The position numbers were made by a program, and so were the translations under genes. From Eledone cirrhosa (Eukaryota), in assembly GCA_964016885.1 (NCBI GenBank), contig OZ024765.1:13950001-14014000 (forward strand): a DNA stretch of 64,000 nt. The letters run 5' to 3'. Below the pieces are notes generated by a model. That model saw only the letters and a program-made list of their open reading frames with translations. It had not been told where the DNA came from and did not search any database. Positions 11,731-23,370 of this stretch are shown piece after piece. The first letter of the stretch is position 1. Each line of letters starts with the position of its first letter.

Positions 11731-13074
11731 TAGTTGCTGTAGGGGCTTACTGGCTTTTGGGCTCCAGAACAAAATACCATGGACTCCCCCTCTCATAGGC
11801 CCTGTGTGTGTGTGTGTATATATATATATATGTATATGTGAAGGTGATTTTGGACACCCTGCAGGATAAAAAGCAAAACCTGACAAAGAGCGGAAGAACT
11901 GATAAGGGTCAACGGCCATCCAAAAATATGTATACATGTGTATATGTGTATATATATGTATATATGCATATATATGTATGCATGTGTATATATATGCGCA
12001 GGGACATAGAAATAATCGGGCTGGATACTCGATCGTGCGGTTAAACCACTGGGAGTGAAGGACCCCTAGCCTTTGTCAGGGCATTCTTCTAGGAGAAGGC
12101 AACTCAGGAAACTGGGATAATTCCGATATAAAACCTGCGGTTCAGTAGTTACAGATGATGTTGATCTTTTCTTCTTTTCGGGTTATAGCTACTGTCGCTC
12201 AGAGTGGGTTTGGCTCAGTGCACAGTCTTTCCTCACTTTAAAAAATATCTTCACGCACAGGCATTGCACTATAGAATTAATTGATAATTATTAATAATGT
12301 TATATCGTGCAATGGCCATACTCGATAACGAGGGGGCAGCCATCAAGTGAAGGTGTATGGCTTATTGGTAAGGGTATTTAGTTCATGATCATAAGGTCAT
12401 GGGTTTGGTTCCTGGCCACACATTGTGTCTTTGAGTAAGACACTTTATTTCACGTTGCTCCAGTGTCCTTTCAGCTGGCAAACATGTGTTGTACCGGTAA
12501 TTCAAAGGGGGCAGATGTGTCACATTCTGTAGAATCAGAGTGGGGTGGAGAGAGTAAGAGAGGGGGGGGGAGAAAGAGAAAGAGATAGACATAAGAGAGG
12601 GGGGAGATAGATAAAAAGAGAGAGCGAGAGAGATAGAAAGAAAGAAAGAGAGAGAGGGGGGAGAGAAAGAGAAATAGAAAAAGAGACAGGGGGAGAGAGA
12701 GAGAAAGAGATAGAAAAAAATATAAGAGAGAGAGAGAGAGAAAGAAAGAGACAGGAGAGAGAGAGACAAACATCTTGAGGATTTCCTGTAAAGTATAACA
12801 GATGTTTTGACTTACCAAAGCTTTTTGTATTATGGAGTCTTAAGTGAAATCCTTAGATTTGTTAGTTTAGTAATTATAAGAGACTGGTATTTTGGTTAAA
12901 GTGACCTTTGTCAAGGATATGTCAGAGGCTTTTGTATATTCTGTCGTGGCCATGTATGGCCCAGGTGTTAAGAAGTTTGTTTTGAAATCATAAGATTTTG
13001 GGGTTCAATCTTTGATAAGTTGCTATAGTTGTTGTTGTTGTTGGTCTTCTTCTTCTTCTTCTTCTTCCTCCTCC

Positions 13075-13425
13075 TCAATGTGCATGAACGACCCAGCATA
13101 AATGTGTTGAGAGAGAAACTGTGTCTGAGAGGGATAGAATGTAGTGTGCGAGAGAGGAGACTGAGGTTGTATGGACATGCGATGTGCATGGAGGATGACC
13201 GATGGGTGAAGAAGTGCCAGAAAATGCCAGTTGAAGGAAGACGTGGTAGAGGTAGACTACGGAAAACATAGGCGGAGGTGGTGAGAACAGACCTCAGATC
13301 ACTGAAGCTCACAGTGGAGATGACAAAGGACCGTAACAAGTGGAGAGATGCTGTGCTGAATAAGACCTGTCCCACTCTTGCAAGCAGGGAAGAGTGGATG
13401 TAAAATGATGATGATGATGATGATA
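13075..13425 (+). mobile_element. RTE-clade LINE 3' fragment
   Basis: RERRLRLYGHAMCMEDDRWVKKC...GRRGRGRLRKT, typical RTE C-terminus, with (GAT)n tail. Confidence 0.75.
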
Positions 13426-13671
13426 TATATATATAACGAAGGAGTTGTGGTAAGGAACCAGATGGACCATAACGCACCAGAGTACTCAATACTTAGGGTA
13501 GTAGAGTGGGTAATAGGAGAATGTATGACAGAGCTCAAGCCGTCCAGAAATAGCCGTCGAAACGGCTTGAGCTCTGCCGTCGGGGTCATACATTTTCCTA
13601 TATATATATATGTATATATATATTATAAAATAACAGGAGGCTGGACTGGTGTAATTCCTTAAAGGTTTATT

Positions 13672-13729
13672 ATACTATGAACATTTCAATGACCGGGTTC
13701 AGTATGAATCTGGTGACATCATCAGGTAT
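13672..13729 (-). ncRNA. Minimal type I hammerhead ribozyme motif
   Basis: Minus strand: atac-CTGATGA-tgtcaccagattca tac tgaacccggtcatt-GAAAT gttc ATA-gtat. Confidence 0.6.
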
Positions 13730-14544
13730 TCAAAATTTAACAGAGGAATATAATAGACACAATCCATGGGGCTGAAAAAGCAGAGAGACGAGAAGGCGGC
13801 CAAACAATTAGCCAGGCGTATGTTCTTTGTTCTTGATAAATGAAGCCTACAAAACACAGGAGGCAATTTTTACAGTTATATTATAATATAACTGTGTCAT
13901 ATTTATAATTGTTTCTTCTTTTGGCTCAAGGCCAGCAATTATTCCAGTGTATTACTAGTACTTTATTTTATCGACCCCGTAAGGATGAAAGGCAAAGTTA
14001 AACTCGGCGGGATTTGAACTCAGATCGGAAATATAACAGTTATATTATAACATAACTGTGTTATATTATAATATAACTGTCTTATATTATAATATAACTG
14101 TTTCTATTTTAGGCACAAGGCCAGCAATTATCCAGTGTATTACTGGTACTTTATTTTATCGACCCCGTAAGGATGAAAGGCAAAGTTAACCTCGGCCGGA
14201 TTTGAACTCAGATCGTAAAGGGACGTAACTATGCAGGAAAGCATGTCCGACCCTCTACCGACACTGCCAATTCACCGCCCTTCACCGCAATTCACCGCCC
14301 TATATTATAATATAACTGTGTTATATTATAATATTACTGTCTTATATTATAATATAGCGGTGGATTGGCAGTATCGGTAGAGAGTCGGACACCATGCTTT
14401 GAAGCATAGAGTTATGTCCCTTTATGATCTGAGTTCAAATCCCGCCGAGGTTAACTTTGCCTTTCATCCTTACTTACGGGGTCAATAAAATAAAGTACCA
14501 GTAATGTACTGGGTAATTGCTGGCCTTGTGCCTAAAATAGAAAC

Positions 14545-14774
14545 AATTATAATATAACTGTGTTATATTATAATATAACTGTCTTATATTATAATATAAC
14601 TGCGTTATATTATAATATAACTGTGTTATATTATAACATAACTGTGTTATATTATAACATAACTGTCTTATATTATAATATAACTGTCTTATATTATAAT
14701 ATAACTGCGTTATATTATAATATAACTGTGTTATATTATAACATAACTGTTATATTATAATATAACTGTGTCAT
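14545..14774. repeat. 21-bp minisatellite (tattataatataactgtgtta)
   Basis: About 11 units. Shorter runs at 14035-14100, 14300-14355 and in unit B. Confidence 0.9.
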
Positions 14775-17700
14775 TTCATTTCATTTCATTTCATTTGAGT
14801 TTGAGTCCATGCTCAGGCCAAGTCGAAGACTCCACCCTCAGAGTCTGGTGTGCTTGCCAGGTTGGATTCTCTGTTTAATTTTGACATGTGTAGGAGCGAG
14901 TTTGAGTCAGTTTGTGCTCGTTGTGTATATCCTGGGAGATGGGGTTCATCTCTAATGGTGCTTAAGTATCTATCCAGCTGCAATTTGAATGATTCCACAC
15001 TGCATCCTGATAGATTTCTGACATGTACCGGAATGGAGTTGAATAGCTGTGCCCCTCGAACCAACAGATTTGACTCTCGCAGGGTTTTTGCTGCCTGGCC
15101 AGCCCTTTTGTTGATTGGTGGTAGCTGGCAGCGTCTTCCGTGGCGCAGTGAGTGGTAGGTTTTGATACCAAAGTTTGGCACCTTTTGCTCTATCATTTTC
15201 CAAATGTATATAATTCGGTATCGCTCAAATCTTCTTTCTATTGAGTACATCTTCAAGGTTTTGAGTCTTTGCCAATAGTCCAGGTCCCTCGTTTCTGAGA
15301 AGTATGAGGTAAAATTTTTTTGGAGTGATTCCATCTTAGATAGTTGGCCCTTTGTTGTTGGTGACCACAACTGAGAACAGTAGTCAATCCTCGGAAGTAC
15401 CATACTGTTCCAGAGGGTTTTCATTGTTGAGGTATCTCTTGATTTGAAGGTGCGCAAGATCCACCCGCTGTACTTTCTTGCAGTAAGACAGACTGAGTCA
15501 AGGTGTTCTCTGAATTTTAGGCTGGTTCCCATGTGGATGCCTAAATCTTTCACACACTGTTTTTCCATTATTTGTTGTCCTGATGGGTTTCTGTAGTTTG
15601 TTGTATTTTTCAGATCTTGATCTGTTCCGTAGCGAATTAGTTCAAACTTCTTATCATTGAACAACATGTTGTTTGTTTCCTGCCATTTGTATATGGTGGT
15701 TAGGTCCTTTTGTAAGGCCTCTGTACCCACCTCGTCTTTGATTTGTCTCATGACCCTGGTGTCATCAGCAAAGGATGAGACGTTGCTGGTTGTATCTTCA
15801 TCTATGTCAGAGATGAGGATGAGAAACAGGATCGGGCCGAGTACTGTACCCTGAGGAACACTGCTGGTCACAGGTGATGGTGATGAATGGGTTCTATTCG
15901 CAGTGATTGTTTGAGTTCTATTTGTAAGGAGCTCATGTATCCATGTACCAACTTTTCCTCCTACTCCTAGCTTTCGAAGTTTGTGTCCCAGGATGCCATG
16001 ATCTACCTTGTCAAATGCCTTGGCAAAGTCGAGGTAAATAACATCTGTGTTGTATCCATTCTCTAGATTTTCTAGGATTTGGTCATGGTGTGCCAGTAGT
16101 TGGGAAAGACATGATCTACCTAACCTGAATCCATGCTGATTGCAATTCATCAGATTGTTGGATTCCAGGAACTCAACCAGTTTTCCACGAACTATTCTTT
16201 CGAAGACCTTGATAATGTGTGATGTCAGTGAGATTGGTCGGTAGTTCTTTGGTTTTGATTTGCTGTCCCCTTTATGTATTGGAGTTATGTGTGCTTCTTT
16301 ATATGTATTTGGTATTTTGCCATTCTCCATAGATTCCTTCCATATCATGTAAAGGGGTTTCAACAATTGTACCTTGCAGTTTTTAAGTATCATGGTATTG
16401 AAACCATCAGGCCCCTCAGCCGAGTGCATGGAGAGCTTGTCTATGGCTCTTTCTATGTCTTCTGGGTTGAAATCAATGTCGGATAGGGTAGGTTTAGTAT
16501 GGTCGATATCCTTGAAGAATTCTCCTGGGTCATGGATCTTCATGGTTTTAGATGGCTCACTGAAGACACTTTCATACTGTTGACCCAACATTTCTGCCAT
16601 TTCAATAGGGTTATTCACTACATCTCCATTTTGTCTCTGGAGAGGTCCTATTGTTGACTTGGTATTCGAGTATTTCTTTGCAAAACTGTAGAAACATTTT
16701 GGATTTTTCTTGATGTTTTCTATGGCTCTCTTTTCTGCATTGTTACGTTCTTCATCATAGTGTTGTTTTAGATTGTCTTCTAATCTGTATATTTGGTCAA
16801 GGACTTTCTGTAGTTCATGTTTTGATGTCAGCTTAGATGTTTTGTTTCTTAGTCTTGACCTTTTGCGCATCAGGATCTTTCGCTCCCGTGGTACAGGTTT
16901 TTTTGTGGATTTGGTTTTCTTAAGAGGAATATTTTTTGCACATATTTCTTCGATCTTGTTTAAGAATTTCTTGTGTTTATCTGGCCCAGTAAGGTAGAGA
17001 TCCCAGTCAATGATTTGTAACTGGTTGTTAATTTGCCTGGTGATAATCATACCTGCATAGCTTTGGAATGTCCTTTTGTTTAAGAGTTGTGGCATTGGGC
17101 TCATTACCAATGTGTAAATGCATTTCAATAATATTGTGGTCTGAAAGGATTGTTGGGGTTGAGTGAAGGTCAAATAGCGTGTCCTCGTTGTTGGTGAAAA
17201 CCAAGTCGATCGTATTATTATTTCTAGTTGCTTCTGTCATCATTTGTTTGAGGTATAATTTCTCTGTGACTTCCAATAGTTTGGCTGCCTGTATTTGTTC
17301 AGCTTTTGTCCCCAGTTTTAGTATGTGTCCATGTGGCCAGATGATGTTAGGGAAGTTGAAGTCACCAAGGAGGATAATGTCTGGCATTGGACTCGCCATG
17401 TTTCCCAGAATTTGTTGGAGCTTTGTCAGTGGCTCAGTGAAGGATAATGTTGGGCTGTTTGGCGGTCTGTACATTATTGTTACAACTGTATTAAGTTGGA
17501 TGATTTTTATGCACAGCAGGTTGCAGTAGGCATTTGATTCATTGACAAGTTCTATGCATGCATAGGTATCATGGATATACATGATAACGCCCCCATGGGA
17601 TCTGCCTTGTCTATCACATCTGAAGATGTTGAATCCATTGATTGAGATTTCGCTGTTGCGGATGTTTTCGTTGAGATGACTTTCAGTAATTCCAATTATT

Positions 17701-18473
17701 TTGGAGTTGTTTTCTGTTGCTAATTCTTCCAAGCAAGGGACTTTACACTGTTTTGTTTTCGGATAAAGACCCTGGATATTTGCTGTTATTATCCTTGTTG
17801 CACCGGATACATCTGCCCTATTGTTGGCAAGACTGTTGTAGTTGCTGGGACTGTGCTGACTGGATATTCGGTCGACTGGGCTGTCTGTATTTGTTGTATG
17901 TGCCCTGTAAGTCCAGGTGTCAGCCTTTGTATCAATGTTGCCTGGTTTTGCTGAGTCATCTGTATGGAGTACAGCTGTTGTTGTAGTTGGTAGATTATGC
18001 CTAAAAAACTGCTTTCATTCATTACTGTATCGAATTTCTGCGAGTTTGGGTTTGTTACAGCTGATGTGTGCAATTGAGTAGCATGATTTTCATTCACTGT
18101 TGAGCCATGTCCTGGTTTCTGCATTTTTGGGAAATGGTTTTCATACCCTGCTGAGCTTGGTCCTGGTGGTGTGGGTTCAGTAGTTTTTATGCGAATTGTA
18201 CCCTTCCGGTGCATAATTTTGCAATTCTCGTCAAAACATTATTTTTTTCTCAGCGAATTGCAGCACATCTTTGGGTGAAGGAGTTCACATTCTCGGCCAT
18301 TTTGGCATCCTTTTTTTCGATCAGTACCGAAGTTGATATATGGTTTGCATGGTTTGGGGTGTCTGTACGTGCACCCTTTACCTGAAAGACCATGTTTGCA
18401 CTTGTTGCTCCTGTAATGGATACATACTGGCCTTTCTTCATTTGAGCGTTTGCTCTGAATCTGTTTTTTTCGA
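14775..18473 (-). mobile_element. 5'-truncated CR1-type LINE with disrupted ORF1 (Cys/His fingers) and ORF2 (APE endonuclease + RT)
   Basis: EN motifs (ITESHL, YRPP, LGDFN, IDLVF, SDH) in 17028-17790 and RT motifs (NYRPISLTS, DFAKAFD, VPQGTVLGP, FADD) in 14813-17173. ORF2 frameshift near 17030 and in-frame stop in ORF1 at 18239-18241. Very short 3' UTR ends in (GAAAT)n. Empty site in unit B at ~36800. Confidence 0.92.
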
Positions 18474-20364
18474 ATATTTATAATTATTTCTACTTTTGGC
18501 ACAAGGCCAGCAATTATCCCAGTGCATTACTGGTACTTTATTTTATCGACCCCGTAAGGATGAAAGGTAACCTCGGCGGGATTGGAACTCAGATCGGAAA
18601 TATAAAAGTTATATTATAATATAACTGTGTTATATTATAATATATATATAGTCAATTGACTTTCATCAAATCGGACTGAGGAAACAATGTTTCTGTTGGT
18701 CTTTCCAATTGTTAATACTATCTATCGGTCGCAACTTCGGGTAGAAGGAGCAATGTGAAATAAAGTGTCTTGCTCAAGGAAATAATGCATTGCCCGGTCC
18801 AGGAATTGAACTCACAACCTCATAATTGTGAATCCTATTCTCTAACCATTCAGTCACGTGCCTCATAATATAACTGTATAAATATAATTTATTATATTAT
18901 TAATTATTATTATAATTAATAAGTAATTATATTTATTATATGTGTTTAGATTTTCATTCTGTAAGAATTATAAACAATACTGATGCATTTGTGGTATATA
19001 TGTGTGTGCATGTGAGTATGTGTATATGCATACATTTACATGTATGAGTATATAAATATAAATGTGCACAGACATACTTACAAACATACACACTCACTGA
19101 CATACATTCACACAAATACATATTCATACACATACATTCACACACAGCGTAACAAATGCAATGCCAACTGCTGTTTTGCTCACCAACAAACATCTCTCTT
19201 TTATATTATGTATGTATATGTATATATATATATATACTTATATATATATATTTATATCAAGAAGAAGAATGAGGAGAGGGTGTAGAATTAGAGTGGGATG
19301 GAGAGAGAGAGATAGTGGGAGAGAGAGAGAAAGAGAGGGAAAGAAATAGAAAAAATATATATAGATAGAGAGAGAGAAAGAAAGAGACACGGGAGAAGAG
19401 AGACAAATATCTTGAAGATTTCCTGTAAAGTATAACAGATGTTTTGACTTACCAAAGCTTTTTGTATTATGGAGTCTTAAGTGAAATCCTTAGATTTGTT
19501 AGTTTAGTAATTATAAGAGACTGGTATTTTGGTTAAAGTGACCTTTGTCAAGGATATGTCAGAGGCTTTTGTATATTCTGGAGTGACCATGTATGGCCCA
19601 GGGGTTAAGAAATTTGTTTTAAAATCATAAGATTTTGGGGTTCAATCTTTGATAAGTTGCTATAGTTCTTCTTCTTCTTCTTCTTCTTCTTCTTCTTCTT
19701 CTTCTTCTTCTTCTTCTTCTTCTTCTTCTTCTTCTTCTTCTTCTTCTTCTTCTTCTTCTTCTTCTTCTTTCTGGGTGGGTCATGGGGTAGAGTCCACAAA
19801 CATTCCCAGTCCACCCTGTCAGTTGGTCATTTTGGAGCCATGATAAAAAAGCACCCAGTCCTCACTGCAAATGTGGTTGGTGTTAAGAAGGGCATCCAGA
19901 TGTAGAAACCACACTAGAAACAGTTCTATATGAGCAAGACACGGTCCCCTGATTTGATTTATCTCTCAATGTCAGGACAATTCTTCTAACCCATGCTAGC
20001 ATGGATAATTGGCATTAAACGATGATGATGATGACATACAAATGCATACATACACACACATATATATACATATATTATCTTTTGTGATTTTAATAAAATG
20101 TTTATGTCTTCTTTAAATGATGACTAACTGGTATTTAATATTCCTTCATGTGTGAACATGTTCAAGGTTTTGTGTGTCATTTCTTACAAAACAATCTAAA
20201 GCTGAGATGGAAAAATGTTATTACTGTATATACTTAAATATAAGCCGACCCCACTAAATTATATCTGAGAAATAGGTAAACATTGAAACCCGTATTTGTA
20301 AGCAATGGATTATCCAACCTAAATCTGGGATTGGAAAAATAATTTCATTGGAAATATGGTATTC

Positions 20365-21015
20365 ATCATCATCATCACCGTTTTACGTCCGTTCTTCCAT
20401 GCTAGCATGGGTTAGACGGGTTGTCCTGTTGTGGGCAGTGTCTGGTTGGCTGACCATGCCTTGCTCATACAGGAACTGATTTTGGCTTGATTTCTACAGC
20501 TGGATGCCCTTCCTAACACCAACCTCATTTACAGTGAGTGTTGGGTGCTTTTTCCGTGGCGCCTACACGTCCACTTTACAGTGTGGGCTGGGTGCTTTTT
20601 TGCCATGGCACCTCCACGACCACCTTGCAGTGGGAGGGTGTGGGGGCATATTGTCTATATGCTTCAGCTTGTACCCATGGGAGGTCGAGTACTCTGTATT
20701 ACTGCGTGACGCCAGAGGTCACGGCCGTGTGTCATCGCCTTTGAGAGGTGTAATTGGGTAAGATCGGCGTGTATCACCTCATCGCAGGTCTTCTTGGGTC
20801 TCCCCACTCCGCGGTTTCCATTGACTTCTAGTGCTCTGCACCTTTTTATGCAGCTGTCATCCTTCATACGCATCACATGTCCATACCAACACAACCGGGT
20901 CTCTTGCACACAGCATTTGATTCCTCTTATGCTCAGTCTCTCTCTCAATTTATTTATGCTTTGTCGTTCGCGTATATTACTATTACACATCCATCGGAGC
21001 ATGCAGGCTTCGTTT
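20365..21015 (-). mobile_element. RTE 3' fragment with long 3' UTR (copy in B 38868-39518)
   Basis: LRWMCN...QETRLCWYGHVMRMKDD...GRPKKT on the minus strand. Confidence 0.75.
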
Positions 21016-21315
21016 ATTAAAAGGGTCAAACAGCTCAAAAGAATCTGTGACTTTCATACTTTTCAAGGTCACTGAACCTTGCAGGGGGGAGGTAGGGTAG
21101 GTAGGAAGGTTCAAATTAGAGACATAACACAAATTCTTGCAAAAGGGTAGACTCTGCTTAAAGGATCCCAGAGATATGTTGGTGGGGGTGTTAATCTTGG
21201 CAATGGCTTAAGTCCACCTGCCACCTAGGGAGTAAATATCAACAACACATTGTTGTCCCTGGGTCTAATCCTATCAATAAGGTGTTAATCCTATTAAAAT
21301 AAAAATATCTGTTGC

Positions 21316-21353
21316 TATATAAACCCCTGAGACATATCAAAGACACATCAGTT
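21316..21353 (+). promoter_or_regulatory. TATA + Initiator core promoter of secreted peptide gene, copy A
   Basis: TATATAAA 21316-21323 and TCAGTT Inr 21348-21353 (about 32 nt spacing), with ATG at 21383. Two TAATCC motifs lie just upstream (~21267, ~21286). Confidence 0.7.
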
Positions 21354-21382
21354 TATTCCAACAGAAGTTAAACTACGAAGCC

Positions 21383-21434
21383 ATGCTGAAATATTTTGCT
21401 ATATTCTGCTTCTTTCTTGCAGCCCTGTCATCAG
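21383..21434 (+). CDS. Secreted Cys-rich peptide gene A, exon 1 (signal peptide MLKYFAIFCFFLAALSS, phase 1)
   Basis: gccATG context, basic then hydrophobic signal-peptide pattern, consensus donor CAG|GTAAGA at 21434/21435. Confidence 0.85.
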
Positions 21435-22209
21435 GTAAGAATATACCAAGCAATTTACAGTTCTTATATTCTATAATTCTTTTATTCCATCTTATATTCT
21501 GCTTCTGTATTACAGCCTTCTCACATCAGGTAAAAATGCATCAAAGAATTCACAAATCTTGTATTCTGTGATTTTTTTTATTACATCTTATATTCTGTGA
21601 TTCTTTTATTCCATCATACCATTATTCCATTATTCTATTACTCTTTATTAATCCATTTGTTACCATATTTCTAATGAAAGACACTGCTAATGATTCAGTA
21701 ATATAACTAACTTTCTCATTAAGTTAGTATTTGGAACATACCTTAACAAATGTTCTTCCATAAAATTATGATGGAAGGATTTTAACCCATTTGTTACCAC
21801 ATTTCTAATGAAAAATACTGCCTTTGGTTTTCATATGATTTTGAAAATAATGAAGAACTTGAAGGGATTTTGTAATATAACCAACACTCTCAGTATTAAG
21901 TTGGAGTAGCTGATGCAGCAAGTGTCGCTGGCCATTGTCCACAGAAATACTTTGGCCATTTTGTCCACGGCAAGCAGCTAAAACACTGCTCTTACCACTT
22001 GACTGTTTATAATAGACAAACACTTTCTGTAGTTTAAGTATGTAATATCTGACCAATAAAATGACAAGTCAGTCAATCATATTGGTGGCCTCCCCAGAGC
22101 CCTGGTGGACAGAATGGAGAAGGAGTTTCCCTGGAGGACGGCAAGGGAGACATTCTGTATATGTATACGAACACCTCCGTATGTATGGGTGTGTATGTAT
22201 ATATGTATA

Positions 22210-22600
22210 TTACCCAATTACACCTCTCAAAGGCGATGACACACAACCGTGACCTCTGGCGTCACGCAGTAATACAGAGTACTCGACCTCCCATGGGTAC
22301 AAGCTGAAGCATATAGACAATATGCCCCCACACCCCCCACTGCAAGGAGGTCGTGGAGGTGCCATGGCAAAAAAGCACCCAGCCCACACTGTAAAGTGGA
22401 CGTGTAGGCGCCACGGAAAAAGCACCCAACACTCACTGTAAATGAGGTTGGTGTTAGCTGTAGAAATCACAAAAGATAATATATGTATATATCAAGGCAT
22501 GGTCAGCCGACCAGACACTGCCCACAACAGGACAACCCGTCTAACCCATGCTAGCATGGAAGAACGGACGTAAAATGGTGATGATGATGATGATGATGAT
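22210..22600 (+). mobile_element. Inverted near-identical copy of the 20365-20760 RTE 3' UTR (copy in B 40865-41256)
   Basis: Reverse complement match starting ttacccaattacacctctcaaaggcg. Confidence 0.8.
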
Positions 22601-23214
22601 GTATATAGTCGCGTATGTACGTGTGATTAGATATACATGTGGCTATATATATATATATATACGTGCCTCATGTGTATGTATGTATGCATGCGCTTTTGTC
22701 TGTACGTATTTGTGTGTATAAATATTTTTTTTATATTTTTTCATTCTCATATATTGTTTCATTTTTATATATATATCGAGAATGACACTTCTTTTTACTA
22801 TTACACTCCCTTCCCTCTTTATCTTCCGCATATAAGTAACCGTGTGTGTGTGTGTATTTATACGCGTGCTTTCATATTAAATTAATACCAGATACAGGTA
22901 TTAATTTAATACCTGTATCTGGATGCGTGTCAACTATATTATCATACAATTTCTTTTTCAACTCATATTATATACGTATTTGTGGTCACATATACACAAA
23001 TATACTTGCCCTCATATATGTACTTATGCACACATTTTCACCATACACATGCATTTGTGCATACACACATATGTACATTTGTGAGTGTATATACATACAT
23101 ATATACATACCCTAACTATATTTCCTTATTTTTTTATATCTCTTGCATTACTTTTATTTATATATTTTTTGCATTTCTTGAGGAGACTTTTCAAATATTT
23201 CACTTTATTTTAAA

Positions 23215-23288
23215 TTGCCTTGTCCGACGAACGAATGAGGACGTTTTTCGTATTCGTCTTATTCGGGAAACCTCTGGTAATGAGGTAA
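23215..23288 (+). ncRNA. Hammerhead motif with U4C core variant, sense strand of intron 1 of gene A
   Basis: ttgccttgt-CCGACGA-a cgaatgaggacg...cgtcttattcg g-GAAAC ctctg GTA-atgaggtaa. 9-bp stem I (with G-U pairs) and about 11-bp stem II. Confidence 0.6.
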
Positions 23289-23311
23289 TAATATTATATT
23301 ATTTATTATAC

Positions 23312-23370
<59 letters not shown>

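Noticed and set aside
12811-13025. Three-copy segment with a minus-strand GTAAG donor, possible exon
   Set aside because: Stops in all minus-strand frames and no polypyrimidine acceptor. Treated as duplicated non-coding DNA.
18670-18730. CTGAGGA with a stem II-like hairpin (also ~37003)
   Set aside because: No GAAA and poor stem I. At most a decayed relic.
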